Shown here: positions 40,445 to 52,300 of the stretch, piece after piece
Layout: every line of letters starts with the position of its first letter
Position numbering within the stretch: the stretch's first letter is position 1
Source of the DNA: Camelus dromedarius
Lineage: Eukaryota
Direction of reading: 5' to 3'
Assembly (NCBI RefSeq): GCF_036321535.1
Contig: NC_087436.1
Span: 77,564,001 to 77,628,000 of the forward strand
Length of the DNA: 64,000 bases
Notes under the pieces: generated by a model
Databases searched by the model: none
Told to the model about the DNA's origin: nothing
The model's input: only the letters and a program-made list of their open reading frames with translations
Translations under genes and position numbers: made by a program

Positions 40445-40549
40445 GGAGGGAGGGTATAGCTCAGTGATAGAGTGTATGCTTAGCATGCATGAGGTTCTGG
40501 GTTCAATTGCCAGTACCTTCATTAAAAAAAATTTTTTTAATAAATAAAT
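40445..40549 (+). mobile_element. tRNA-Ala(AGC)-derived SINE (camelid vic-1 type)
   Basis: GGAGGGAGGGTATAGCTCAGTGATAGAG...TTAGCAT...GGTTCAATT, A-rich tail. 15-bp TSD AAAAGACGAATAACT (40430-40444) / AAAAGATGAATAACT (40550-40564). Confidence 0.92.
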
Positions 40550-42138
40550 AAAAGATGAATAACTATTCCTGCCTTCAAGGTCTTTGCATCTAATAAGTCA
40601 GATCAATGTAATGACACTTCCACATCTCCCCAACCCCAAGCCTATGCCTTGGATTCTTGTCTGATTTTCTTATTTAGGACAGAGAACAAGGTGTTGGGGG
40701 AAATCCTCGGAGTGACTGATTATTCTCAGTGTAGATCATGAAAAACGTGTGAGACCCTCGGTCCCTGTAAAGCACTCAGTAGGCTCTCCTTTCCAATTTT
40801 TTGCTAGTGGCTGGAACATTTTCCTTCCAGACCTTGTTAGGCGGACTTACTCATCATTCAGGTCTCTGTTCAAATACTGGGTCCTCAGAGAGGTGTCTCG
40901 TGACCACCTCACCACCCTGGAACCGCATCCCCCTCCACATATACACACCATTCTTGATCCTATTTGTTTTATTATCTTCATGGTACCTCTGTGAAATTCT
41001 TGAATTTTTTAATTTGGTTTTATTGTCCATTTCTCTTGGAATGTAAACTCCATGAGGGTAGGATTTCAAAGGTCTTCTGTATGGCTCTATCCCCAGCTTC
41101 TAGAATAGTGTATGGCTCATAATGTAAACTCAATGAATATTTATGAACACATGAGGAAGCACCTACCTCTGCCTCTCTCGGTCTTACGATCTTGACCCTA
41201 GATTTTTTTTTTTTTAATAACAAATAATTACTTTGCTCCCACTGTATCTCTAGTACCTAGAGGGATTTCTGGTACATGAGGGATATTCACTTAAAAAACA
41301 AAACTGTTAGCAAAAATGATGGTAAAACAGGAGCCAGGAAGAACAAAGCAGAAAATCAAAGTGTGGTGTAAGCCAGATTATGGAGTTGTGTGTTGGTCTC
41401 TGTGTGTTTATTTCCATGAACCTTTAGTCAATGATTGTTTGCAAGTTCCAGGCTTGCCTCAACTATGTGACAGAAATCCAAAATTAAATTGGTTGTGTGT
41501 TCAAGCTTAGCCAGAATAAGAGAGAAAGGCATAGCAGAATCCTTTAGTGCAATGCAGTAACAAAAAGAAGAATCAGCCAGAGAAAGATGGGGCAGATGGA
41601 AAATCTCTGGGGAAGAAGAGTCAGACAAGAGGTCCGCTCACTTCTTCCCCAGGTGGATGTTCTCCCATTGCTGCCAACCTGGAGGGAGCTGGGTTTTATT
41701 AGAGATACCTCTTTCTTTATAAAAGTAAACCGAAGCAGCATATGCCAGAATCTCTCAAATGCTATGAGAGGTATAAAATGCTATGAAGATTTAAAGGATT
41801 AAGAGCTCACAAGCCGTTGGAGTGATTAAGAATTATTGCACAGAAAAGGTAGCATTTGCAGATGGTCTTGAGGAGCATAAACCAGGCAAAGGAAGACTGC
41901 AAGTGAAAAAAGTGTAAATGAACCATCTACTATGGCATAGGGGATATGTGGGGAAAAATAGAGACACACCAGAAAATCAGGCTGAGGACAAACGGTGGAA
42001 GGCCGTGAATATCAAACTGAGGATTTTTTTTTTTTTTGCTTAAATTTAATTGGTAATGAGCAACTACTTACTGGTTTTTGAGAAAGATTTTATTAAATTT
42101 TAGGAGGATAAATCTGGTAGCAGTATTTAGATGATTAC

Positions 42139-42687
42139 TATGATAGGCAGGATTCTAAATTGACTCCTAGTTATTTGTATAATCTCCATATTCAGTGTAA
42201 GAGAAAGTATGACAGGATATCCCTTTGGTGATTAGTTTATGTTACATGGTAAAATTGAGTTTACTAAAGGGAGATTACTTTGGTGAGCTGGACCTCAGAC
42301 AAGTCCCTTAAAAGGCTGGGGACCCTCTCTGGAGAAAGAGATTATAAATACTCTATTTAACATGCAAGAAGTTCCCCATTGCTGGTTTGAAGATGCAGAA
42401 GACACATGGCAGAAGTGGCAGGTGGCTTCTGGGAGCTGGTAACAAACCCTGGTAATTGCCCTCAAGAAGATGAGACCTCAGTCCTACAAGCGTTAAGGAA
42501 CTGCAATATGTCGACACACGAATGAGCTTTCAGTTAAGAACCCCACCTATCCAGCACCTTCAGTGTGAGACCCTAAGCAGAAACCCAGGTGAGCCCACCT
42601 GGACTTCTGACCTACGGAACTGTAGCATAACAAATGAGAGCTGTTTTAAGCCTCTAGGTTGTTGAGCAGCAATAGAAATCATATACA
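42139..42687 (+). mobile_element. MLT1E-like MaLR LTR, nested in a reverse L2 remnant
   Basis: TATGATAGGCAGGATTCTAAA...GTTACATGGTAAAA...GGACTTCTGACCTACGGAACTGT...GCAGCAATAGAAATCATATACA. Confidence 0.8.
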
Positions 42688-43939
42688 GTTGGAGTGAGGA
42701 AGAACTGGAAGCCATCTGGGAGACTTTAACTAGTCTAGAGTAGAATAAGTTAGCAACTAAATGAAAGAGGTTGCAATAAAAATAAAGAGGACAGATGACA
42801 GAGATATCGAAGAAATAGTGTCTATGTGACTTAGCAATGATTAGAAATGATGATCAGAGAGAGAGAAGGCAAATGTGACTCTAAGACTTGGAACCAGGAT
42901 GGCTACAAAGATACTGGTGCCATTCACAGAAGAGTGGAAAGCAAGAATAAGATGGGGGGGCATGATCAGTTTCATTACAGATGCACAGAATTTATGGTGC
43001 CAGCAAGACATCCACAAGTTTGTAAAAAATGGGAGTCTGAAATTCTATAGTGAAGCTTAGTTTAGGAAAGGCATTTTTGGAATTTCTGATAAATAAATAG
43101 CTACATACATAGCTAAAGTGAGGTAACTGAGGAAGTAACTGGAGAGAGAGACTGGTATGAAGTTGGAGAGAATCCCAGAAGAAAGGCCTCTCCCATCTCT
43201 GTGTTCTTGATAACTCCTCTGCCTGGAATATCCTGTCTGAAATAGTCCTGGAGAAACACCTATTTAACTTTCAAATCTCAATTCAAGTATCATCTCCTCC
43301 ATGCAACACTTCCTGCCTTATTCAGCCATTCAAAACTATCTTAAGGTTTCTTAAGTGATAATATTCCTGTCTCCCCAGTAGGGAGAATAGGGACCATTTC
43401 ATTTCATCTTTGTATCTTCAATACCAAATTAAGTGTCAAGAACACAACAGATACTAAATATTTGTAGAGTGAAGGAAACAAAGGTATGTGTAATCAAAAA
43501 GACAAGAAGAAACCGGAATAGTGCCATATACATAAAAAAGGAAGAGAGTTTCCAGGAGAGGGTGGTAAATAGTGTCGAACACTTAAAGGTAAATAAGGAT
43601 GAAGACTTGGGGTGGGGTGGCAAATGGACCGGTGTTTAGAAGTTTAGTACCTAACACAAATTTCAGTAGAGAACAAAGATCCTCTTATAGATGGTAATAA
43701 ACAAAATGAAGTGATGTGATTCTAGGCAGTAAGAAAGTGAAATGTTAGGTACAGACTACTTTTTAAACAAGTTAAGAGATCAAAGAAAAGAAAATGATAG
43801 GATGATAGTTTGTGAAACAGATAAGGAAAAGTGTTTTGATGTTTGGTTTTGTTTTTAGAATGAAGAAAAACTAAACAAGTTTACAGGCAGAATAGAAAAT
43901 AACTACTAATAAATGGATTGAAGGTTCACAGACTTTGCA

Positions 43940-44480
43940 TTTTCTATTGTCCCTTCTTCCTTGACAACTGAACTCAGATTCTGTTTGCAGTGGAAATGTG
44001 CCCAGACCGAGACAAGATACTCAATTTCCCAGTCCCCCTCATTCAGAAAATTTTGAATGGCCCCAGGTAGAGGTGGCCGTGAGGTAAGATTTTGACCAAT
44101 GATATATGAGAGATACCTGTCAGAGTTCTGAGAGAGCCTTTACTTTTCTTGATGAAAAGGTAAAGGTATAGCTGGTTGCCTCCCCTTTTCTCCTCCTTTC
44201 TTCCTTGAGTGAGGACTTGATGGCTGGAGTTGTAGGAGCCATCTGATGACCCTGAGTCAGCAAGAAAGAGAGAAAAGATGAGCCACATAAACATGAGACA
44301 TGACACTGTCAAGTCACTGAACAAATACCAACAGCTCCTTAACTGCAGATTTCTTACAAGAGGGAAAATAAACCCCTATATATTGACGCCACTGTGAATC
44401 AGATACATATATATATCAGGTATATATGTGTGTGTATATCTATCTATATATATATCCTTGCATTCAAGGAAGTTTGTAAC
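43940..44480 (+). mobile_element. Old MaLR LTR (MLT1J-like)
   Basis: CTTCTTCCTTG...GGAAATGTGCCCAG...TTTCCCAG...GATGGCTGGAGTTGTAGGAGCCATCT...GAAAATAAACCCCTA. Confidence 0.55.
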
Positions 44481-47382
44481 TAATAAGGCTTTAAATATCT
44501 TTAATCAACCTTCTGATGTTTGAATCAGTTCTAAAATTTCCCCCAGTTGCTATCTACCTTATGTTTTCATAATTCCAGAGGCAGGAAATTTAGTAGTTAT
44601 TAAAACTTTCTAGACCATTTTGGAGAGTTCTGGCCTTCATTAGAAAGCCTTCTCTTCTCAAAAACGTTTTAGGGTCCCCTACTTTTCCCTTGATCTATCA
44701 TTCAAGGCCTTCTGCGTTTGCGTTCCACCCTACAATCCGTCTCTATTTCCTGTGCTCTCCAGCATACAAGCCCTATTCAGATCAGGTCAAACTTTGTCCC
44801 AACAGACACTGCCTTATTAGCATGGTAAACTCATTCTTACTTCTGCAACTTCTCTCTTACTGTTATTCTTTTCTAAATTACAAATCCTTTATGTTTGACT
44901 TGCCTAAAGTCCTACCCATTTTTCAAGGCTAAATAAAACCTCACCTCTTCTAGGAAATCTTCCCTGGCTACTCCATCTCCCGTTGATTTCCTCCTTTCAC
45001 TGTTTAAAACAGCAAATTGTGACATAGTCTCCAAAACATGGTTGAATACTACTTCTCCCATTTTTGGTTAATTGTCCCATGTGGCTTTCTTTGGTTCACC
45101 CACTAGAAGGTAAACTCTTCAGAGCCTAAGACACATTTTTCTTATATATTTTCCCCACAACTGCTGATACAGACTTGAGTAAGTACTCAATAATAATTTA
45201 GAAAATGTATGTATACAGTGCTTAAGAGAGCTAAAAAGAAGACATGTGTAGTATACATACACACACACATGCATATACACACACACAGACATGATTTTGT
45301 GGTCAAAATTAGAGCTCAACTCAACAGAATCCACTAAAATTTCAAATTTGTGTTTGCTGTTATTTTAAATTACACAGATGGCTTTCTTTAAATCTCCTTG
45401 TCTTTAGGAAGAGACTGATAAGTGTCCTTTGATTCAATGGTTGGCTGTAACAGTAACAGTTAATCTCTAAAATAAAATAGGAAATTCCTACTACTAAAAT
45501 ACAAGACAAATTTTAATTAATCAGACTCAATAAGAAATCAGACTGTGTATCACCATTGTATTCAATCCAGAAGCTCCTTTTTTTTTTTTTTGAACAGCTA
45601 CAAATCCTTCATATATCAACTAAGTCAGATGCACAGCCAGAATTATGAATCCTAATATTTAGTCCTTTTGGGGGGAGGGCATCTAATGATGCCAGCATTC
45701 TGAGACAATTTAATCCATCCAGATCTGAGATTCTATGACCTAAGATAAAACAAAACATCCTTTTATGGTCTTAAAGTGTTATAGCATGGCATCTCTAGGT
45801 GGGAAATACTATACCCAATTCAATTTTTTAAACTTTTTTTTTTAATTGTCAGTTTACCCAGTTCAGTTTGCTTTCAGCTCAGGTCCCCAGGAAGTCACTC
45901 AGAAGGTCTGGCGTGAGTGCCATTTCTTTGTCATTGCTGGACATGATACTGCTGGCTTATCTGTTTCATCCCTTGCTCCATCTTGGGCATAGGTTAGTTG
46001 CAAATGAGTTGCTTTTGGTCCTGAATGTAGCTGTTACAAGCGTTCTTCAGTTTGCCAGCTTCCATCCACACTTTTTTGTCCAGTCTCACAATTACAAGTG
46101 AGAGTTCTGGCTAGGGGTTATTTTACTTGCTTAACATTTTGTCCCTTTTTTTTACTCTAAATGTAGCGGCAGATCACTAAAATGTAAAGATAGATATGGC
46201 CTGACCTCTGCTTTAAATAAAAACATACAAGCAATTCTCTTAGCTCATAGCTGATTCTTCTTAAGCACTTGTTGTATGCAAGGCACTGTACTAATCTCTT
46301 GACATGGACTTTTCCAATGATTATTCACAACAATTCTGTGCAACAGGAGATACTATTTTATACTTATGACTCCTGTAAGAAAGTGGAAGCACAAGGGAAA
46401 GAAGGGAAAGTCTATACATCTAGGAAGAAGTGAAGGTAGGCATTGAAGACTTACGGTCAAACCCAGCACTCACAGCACAGCTTCTACAGATGAAAAATTA
46501 TGTCAAGTACAAAGTGGCAAAAGTAGCAAGATGGCTATGCACTTGATCTAAAGGAAGAGAAGTCTTGGGGATGGTTTCAAAAAGCAGGAAGGTGAAATTT
46601 TAGCAATGCAGACTGAGGCTGGAGGAGACCAAGAACTATATATTTAAAAGGTCAGAGGTGACCACCAAAGCAGATTTTTTTTTTTTTCTCAATTTGGCAT
46701 CCTCCCAGCGCAGGGAATAAAGATGTGAGAAAGCCCTGAAGGCAGGCCTAGAAAGAGAAGGCAGCTCACAGAACTGAGAGGGAAAGAACCAAAGATTCAC
46801 AGGGACAAATCAAAGAGGGAGAGAATTTGCAGGGCCTATTGAATTTTGAAACTGGGTCTTCATAATTAATCACAAAAGCTATTATGTTCTTTATGCAAGC
46901 AAAGATCACACACATGATCTCATTTAATCCTCACAACCACCCTTGAAGTTTGTGTTATTATCTGCAGCACAGTTCCAGGGGTGGCCAAAGGCAAAATGTA
47001 AACCGCAGTGGGTTGAAAAGTGATTGAGTGCGGAGAATGTAGTCTGCACTTGGGATAAGTTTGGGATAAAAAGGGATTGAGCCCCTACTACAGGCTAGTC
47101 AGTGTGCCAGTCACTTTAGCACTGTTTTCTAATGTCATCCAAACAAAACTCTAAAAGGGATGTGTCCTTATTGACCTTTTAAAAAAAAGACAGAATTTTG
47201 GAAGCCCAGTGTGATCGAAAAGCCTGTATTCTTTTCCATAAACCCCACTGTGCTCCCACTAGGGAACAGACAAGCTGGAACAGACATTTACTGAAGTCCT
47301 CACTGCACCAGGCCAGACACTGGGCTAAGAACGTTTATGTGGACTGTGACACTGAAACTTCAGTTTAAATAGTAGTTTCATT

Positions 47383-47451
47383 GACTGGGACATTGTGCTG
47401 TACACCAGAAATTGACACATTGTAACTAACTATACTTCAATTAATTTTTTT
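47383..47451 (+). mobile_element. Extremely 5'-truncated L1 3' tip (about 70 bp)
   Basis: GACTGGGACATTGTGCTGTACACCAGAAATTGACACATTGTAACTAACTATACTTCAAT. TSD AAATAGTAGTTTCATT (47367-47382) / AAATGCTAGTTTCATT (47452-47467). Confidence 0.8.
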
Positions 47452-47469
47452 AAATGCTAGTTTCATTAT

Positions 47470-47672
47470 TAATAGTGTGGTGATTGGTGATTAAGGACCT
47501 GAGCCCAGGAACCAGACTCCCTGAGTTTGAAGCTCAGCTCTGCCATCCATGAGTATCCTTTTGTCTCAGTTTCCTCATCTGTAAAATGGGCTTCCTTCGA
47601 AGATAATACATTTGAAATAAAAAGAACAATGAATACCTAGGGCATGATAAGTGAGCAGTAAACTGTTAGCCA
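47470..47672 (+). mobile_element. MIR SINE
   Basis: CCAGACTCCCTGAGTTTGAAGCTCAGCTCTGCCA...CTCAGTTTCCTCATCTGTAAAATGGG. Confidence 0.8.
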
Positions 47673-48279
47673 GTAGTTTAGTCACCATTTTACCCCCAGG
47701 GAAGAGAAGGTGAGGAAGGATCTCAGAGTTAAGCTGGCTGTGGATTCCAGCGTCTCCCAGAAGTCCTTCTGTTTCCCCAGGGCCTGCAATCTTGGAGACA
47801 AACGTCTTGAGGGGGAAAGTAGGGGTAGGTGAGTGTTTGTGGTGTGTTTGCTTGTCGGTTTATTTGTTTTAAGACGGGATTGACTGGCACCGTATCTTTC
47901 TCCTGACGAGGAGGGAGATGCAAAGTAAAGATGCAGAAGAGAAGGAGCTATGATGGGTAAGCTCTCAGAGAGACAAGGAGAGATGGCAACCCAGCACAGA
48001 TCAGGGTCCGCAACCTGGATCAGGAGACGCCCAGGAAAGGAAATGAGGATGGTGTGCACCTCTCGATTTTATTTGGAAGCAAAGGAGAAAGAATCCAGGA
48101 AGAAGTTTATTTTCCTCTGCTCTCTTGCTGGCCAGGAAACAGCCAGAGTTCTTGATGGGATTAAAAAATAACACCCACTCCCTTCTACCCTTTCTTTCTT
48201 CCTCGACCGTCTCCTTTACCCCCTCCTCTTCCCAACCACCCCCACCCCTACTTCCTCTTCTTTCCCCTCCCTCCCCTGC

Positions 48280-48467
48280 TAGTTTGCCGGTTACTTCCCT
48301 CTTCCCTTCGCTCCTGGCTATAGAGGGGTCCCAGCTGCCTGCGAGCGAGCGCAAGGGAGATAGTGAGATTGGCGGCGGACTGTACACATCAGCCAGGGAA
48401 CGAAGTCTCTCTCTCTCTCTCTCTCCCTCTCCCTCTCTCTTTCTCCCCCACCCCACCCCCTCACACG

Positions 48468-48504
<37 letters not shown>

Positions 48505-48722
48505 ACACACTCACACACACACACACTCACACACACACTCAAAACTCGATCCGGCCGCACCGCGGCTGCTCCAATCCTTGCAAAAGGCGAACGAGCGCCC
48601 TCCGGCCCGCGGCGCTCAACCCCGCTCGGGCTCTGCGCCCGACTCAGCGCTAGTCCCCGTGCGCAGCGCGGTCGCTTCGGCAGGCTGTTCCCGAAAATAA
48701 AGCGGGGAGAGAGGGTACGGAC
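48280..48722 (+). promoter_or_regulatory. BMP3: BMP3 proximal promoter
   Basis: TATA-like AAATAAA at 48695-48701, about 28 bp before the putative TSS. CCAAT at 48571-48575, inverted CCAAT (ATTGG) at 48368-48372 next to a GC-box-like GGCGGCGGA, ETS-like ACTTCC cores, and a second TATA-like TATAGA at 48319-48324. Confidence 0.65.
48406..48540. repeat. Compound (CT)n / (CA)n microsatellite in the BMP3 promoter region
   Basis: TCTCTC... tract followed by an interrupted ACACAC... tract. Confidence 0.95.
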
Positions 48723-49041
48723 AGATCCGAAAACACCCCGGCCACACACGCCGCGACTTCAGCTCTTCGGCGTCCGAGTGGAGACGGTCCTGGCAGCGCC
48801 CTGCGCTTGGTGAGGTCCTCGCCGCTGCCCGGGAAGAGCCCACCTGCCGGTCCGTGATCGGCCCGCGCTAAAAGTGGGGCTTGTCGCTGTCCTGCTCAGG
48901 CAGCGTCCGCGCTCCGGGCCCCCTTGCCCCAGGTAGTTGTGAGTTCAGCCCTTGGCTCTGCCGCGGGCCCCTCGCGCCTTAGAGGGTCCACCCCCCCGCC
49001 CCCGGGACGCGGCAGCAGACGCGCGGTGCCGGGACCTCGCT
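48723..49041 (+). other. BMP3: BMP3 5'UTR part of exon 1 (TSS approximate; may start further upstream)
   Basis: AGATCCGAAAACACCCCGGCCACACACGCCGCGAC...GAGTGGAGACGG resembles the 5' end of human BMP3 mRNA as I recall it. GC-rich, with no upstream ATG seen. Confidence 0.7.
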
Positions 49042-49366
49042 ATGGCTGGGACGCGCAGACTGCTCTGTCTATGGCTGGGCTGCTTGTGCGTGAGCCTGGC
49101 GCGGGGACAGACACTCAAGCAGCATTTCCCGGGGATCCGCAAGGCTGTGCCGGGTGACCGCACCGCAGGTGGTGGCGCAGACCCCCTGCTGCAGCCGCAC
49201 GACAAGGTGTCAGAGCACATGCTGCGACTCTACGACAGGTACAGCGGCAGTGACAGAGCCGCGACAGCGCGGACACCAGGGTCCTCCGAATTGGGCTCTC
49301 CGCCCCTGCGGCCCCAGCTCCTGCGGGAGGGCAACACAGTTCGCAGCTTTCGAGCCGGAGCAGCAG
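49042..49366 (+). CDS. BMP3: Bone morphogenetic protein 3, coding exon 1 (signal peptide plus N-terminal prodomain; 108 codons + 1 nt)
   Basis: The translation [22 protein letters not shown]...[13 protein letters not shown]...[18 protein letters not shown]...[16 protein letters not shown] matches the BMP3 N-terminus as I recall it. Good Kozak context (gctATGG), a hydrophobic signal peptide, and a consensus donor CAG|gtgagt at 49366/49367. The exon lies in a CpG island. Confidence 0.97.
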
Positions 49367-52300
49367 GTGAGTGCCCGAGTCGCCCCCTTTCCGTGGTCCC
49401 GCCCCAGATGTTTCCTGGGACCCCCGCAGCTTCCTCATCTGACCTGTGATGCCTAGAAACCTTCCCTCGGCCCCCAGCTGCCCTCCGAGCCCCTCGGTGC
49501 AGTCCCATCCCGCATTCCGCCCGTGAGTCAGCCCAATTATAGAGTCCGAATCGAGAGGAAGAAGTGGAGAGAAGGGCGCCCAGCCCTGGAGGGGGTTCGG
49601 CTGGAGAAAGTGCGTGGAGCAAGGGCTCCCCCACCTCGCCGCCCACCGGAGTCCTCCTGCCCTGGGTGTCTGGGGCAACTCTGGGGTACCTTGTGCCGGT
49701 GTTTCTTTAGTCGGTCAGCGGAAATTCCCTTGGACTGGGCTTTAGCCATGTTTACTTAAAGGCAGATGTCATTTTATGCCAACCCCAGGGCACCAGAGAG
49801 AAAAGTCACACTTGAATTACACGCGCTCCCGTCGCCTTGTAGACCGTCGCTTCTCCAGACTTTGCACTCTCTCTTAACTCACGGTCTCTGTGTTAGGATA
49901 TTTGACGCTTTCCACTTGATAGTCCCTTGGTGGCAAACACAAACTAAACCAGGTGCTCGGGTGTTTCGATTATTTAAAAGCCATCTGGGCAAATAGGGAT
50001 TGTACCACCCACCCTGGGAGGAGTTGGGAGGGAGGTGAGCAGCCATAGATGTAAACACCTCTTGGAATCTGCCGATGAAAATCTGCTCATCCCATTTTTC
50101 AACACACAGATCACTGCCGACTGAAATTCATGGCTTAACACGGTTTCTCCTGGCCCCCTTGGTGAGGCGAATAACTTACACTAACAGCCTGCCTCTCTTG
50201 TGCTAACAGCTTGAGGGAAAGTTTCCTGGACACTAACTCGGTTTCTATGCTTTGAGGATGCACCAGGCTTTTTTTGTTCACTACCTACATTCATGACAAA
50301 GGGAAATGTAACTGCAAAGCCTGTCTTCAGTGAACCCTTGAAAAATAGCCAAGAATCTTCAAGTAAGGAGGCCATGCCTCACGCTTGCTCTATCAATTCT
50401 GTCAGAATCACTAGAAAGAAATCTCCCAAAGCTTTGATATGCAGGACTCCTGGAAAAGAGGAACATGCAAGCATCCATCAAGGAAAGCCCTAGTCTGACA
50501 CTGTAAATACACTCTGGAGCTCACAGGCATGATGACATTTACAATAAATGTGAATTATGCTTTCTAATGCAGAAGTCTTTAGCTAGAGTCTGAGCTGAAC
50601 CAGATTTCACTTGCTTCTTAAAACCACGAGCATGATCTATAAGGAGCTGGCCTCTACTAAGGAAACAGAAACCTGCTCTGAGTTGTCCATCATATGCCAG
50701 CCACTTGAGGAGGCTGTCCTGACAGCTGACCACACCAGTGAATGCCCTGTTTACTCCAGTGCCACTCTGAGGGCAGAGCTCGATGAAGGAGCAGGGTGGG
50801 AGAAGCAAGAGTTGGAAGGAAGTTGAATGGGCAAGGCAGGTGGCAATACTGAAGGTACTCAAATCACTCTTACCTCGATGTTCATTTTCTTGGTAATATT
50901 CCTAAGAAGCTGCTGAGGCACCCAAGAGATGAATAGTATTTTTGGTATCAGCAAATTTCATTTTAGTATGAATCACAAGATTTGGAGGTGGAATAGAAGT
51001 TTGTTTCATGCACATCTATTGTATAGTGTTTTATAGGTTTGTTTTAGGATCAGGGAACCATGAGTGGGAGAAGAATAAGGCTTTGAATAACTCAGGCCCC
51101 GTTTACTTTCTGGCTTCAACTCATTCCTTGCATTATAATTTTAAAGCGTCCCTTATCAGCCTCTCTGCAGTCTTATACCAGCAAATGATAAACTCTGATA
51201 CGGAGGCCAGAAGTTCCTTGAAATGATGAATTGCAGCTTGAAGCATATATACAAGGCTACGTGCCCTGATAAGAAAAGTAATTCCTTTAGCATCCTACAG
51301 ACTGTCTTAATGACTTATTTATCAAATGTAGACACTGGTTCTTGTGGAAGCTTAAGTGTCCTGTTACTACACTGGAGACTCCTGGAGAGGTGGTTCGCAT
51401 TGGACCCCTTCCAAAAGTGTTTAGTTACTACCACACTGAAAAGACTTACTATACAGCAGTTTTGGCTCTAATAAGGCAGGACTCTAGGAAGGTGCTGAGG
51501 CTTTCATGTGTGTCTCTCTCCTTTATCCATTATCAGCATTTCCATAACACCTTTCGTCCTGTGACATATGCTCTGATGTAGGTGAAAGGTGCTGTCTGCA
51601 TTAACAAATTAGGTATGTTTTTTAGTCCGTAGTGTCTAGGTTTCACAACATATGGGCTTCCCTGTACCAAGGGATGCGACAGATTTTAATGGGAAGTCAG
51701 GTGCGTGCCGTGTCTGTGGAGTGCGTGCTGCTCCAGCAGACTTTCCCAGTGCTTACCCAGGCTGAGTTAGAGGCTTAGAGCCCTATTTGCTCCTTGGAAC
51801 ATACCTGATTAAAATTATTTATTGTTCTGAACCTAGAATATCTTTGGTTGAAATTCAGCTGCTGTGGTCTCCCTCTGATTACTTTCTACTTAAACTATTA
51901 CTTGATGGTGGGTGGCATTCATCCTAAATACACTTTCTGCTAACCCTTTTCTCCTCCCTCAACGCTATGCTGTTGGTTTGCCAAAACCGTAAGTTTGGAG
52001 CGCTCCTGAGTCTTTTTGTGATGTGTGAGGGTTTACATAAAGAAAGGTTTTATCTTTCCCTTTGTAAAAGGTAATTTACAAAATTATTGATGACAGAGAA
52101 GTTCAGCTGTAGAAAAACACAACGTCTTGAAGGAAGACAAGAGGAATATGAAATCAGCTTTTATTTTCATCTTAGTTTAAGTTGTCCTTGGCTTCTATGT
52201 AGTAATAATAAAAAAAAAAGAATATTTTACATGAGGTTTTCTCCTGGCTCGATCCTTTAAGATACATACTTTGTGTTCATTAGTTTCTCATCATTCCCAT

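Larger units (their letters stand above)
48540..49730. promoter_or_regulatory. BMP3: CpG island over the BMP3 promoter and exon 1
   Basis: Abrupt rise in GC content and CpG density against CpG-depleted, AT-rich flanks. Boundaries judged by eye. Confidence 0.9.

Noticed and set aside
1..48000. Exons of the upstream neighbour CFAP299 (C4orf22) or a processed pseudogene
   Set aside because: No ORF or exon resembling a known protein was recognised. A short exon could have been missed; tblastn would settle it.
49240..49275. Three-residue longer prodomain segment ([12 protein letters not shown]) than human BMP3
   Set aside because: A variable linker. As I recall, other non-primate mammals also have the longer form.
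48952..49449. 165-aa ORF as the BMP3 product, with N-terminal extension and C-terminal tail
   Set aside because: It starts at a TTG, whereas the ATG at 49042 has strong Kozak context and begins the signal peptide. Residues after 49366 are intron read-through.
48001..49759. Long overlapping ORFs (143-191 aa) on both strands around the promoter
   Set aside because: Expected from stop-poor GC-rich and dinucleotide-repeat sequence. Translations are low-complexity (HTHT, CVCV, P/R/A-rich).
50611..50826. 71-aa acidic ORF in intron 1
   Set aside because: Non-ATG start, no recognisable homology or clear splice context, and a length expected by chance.
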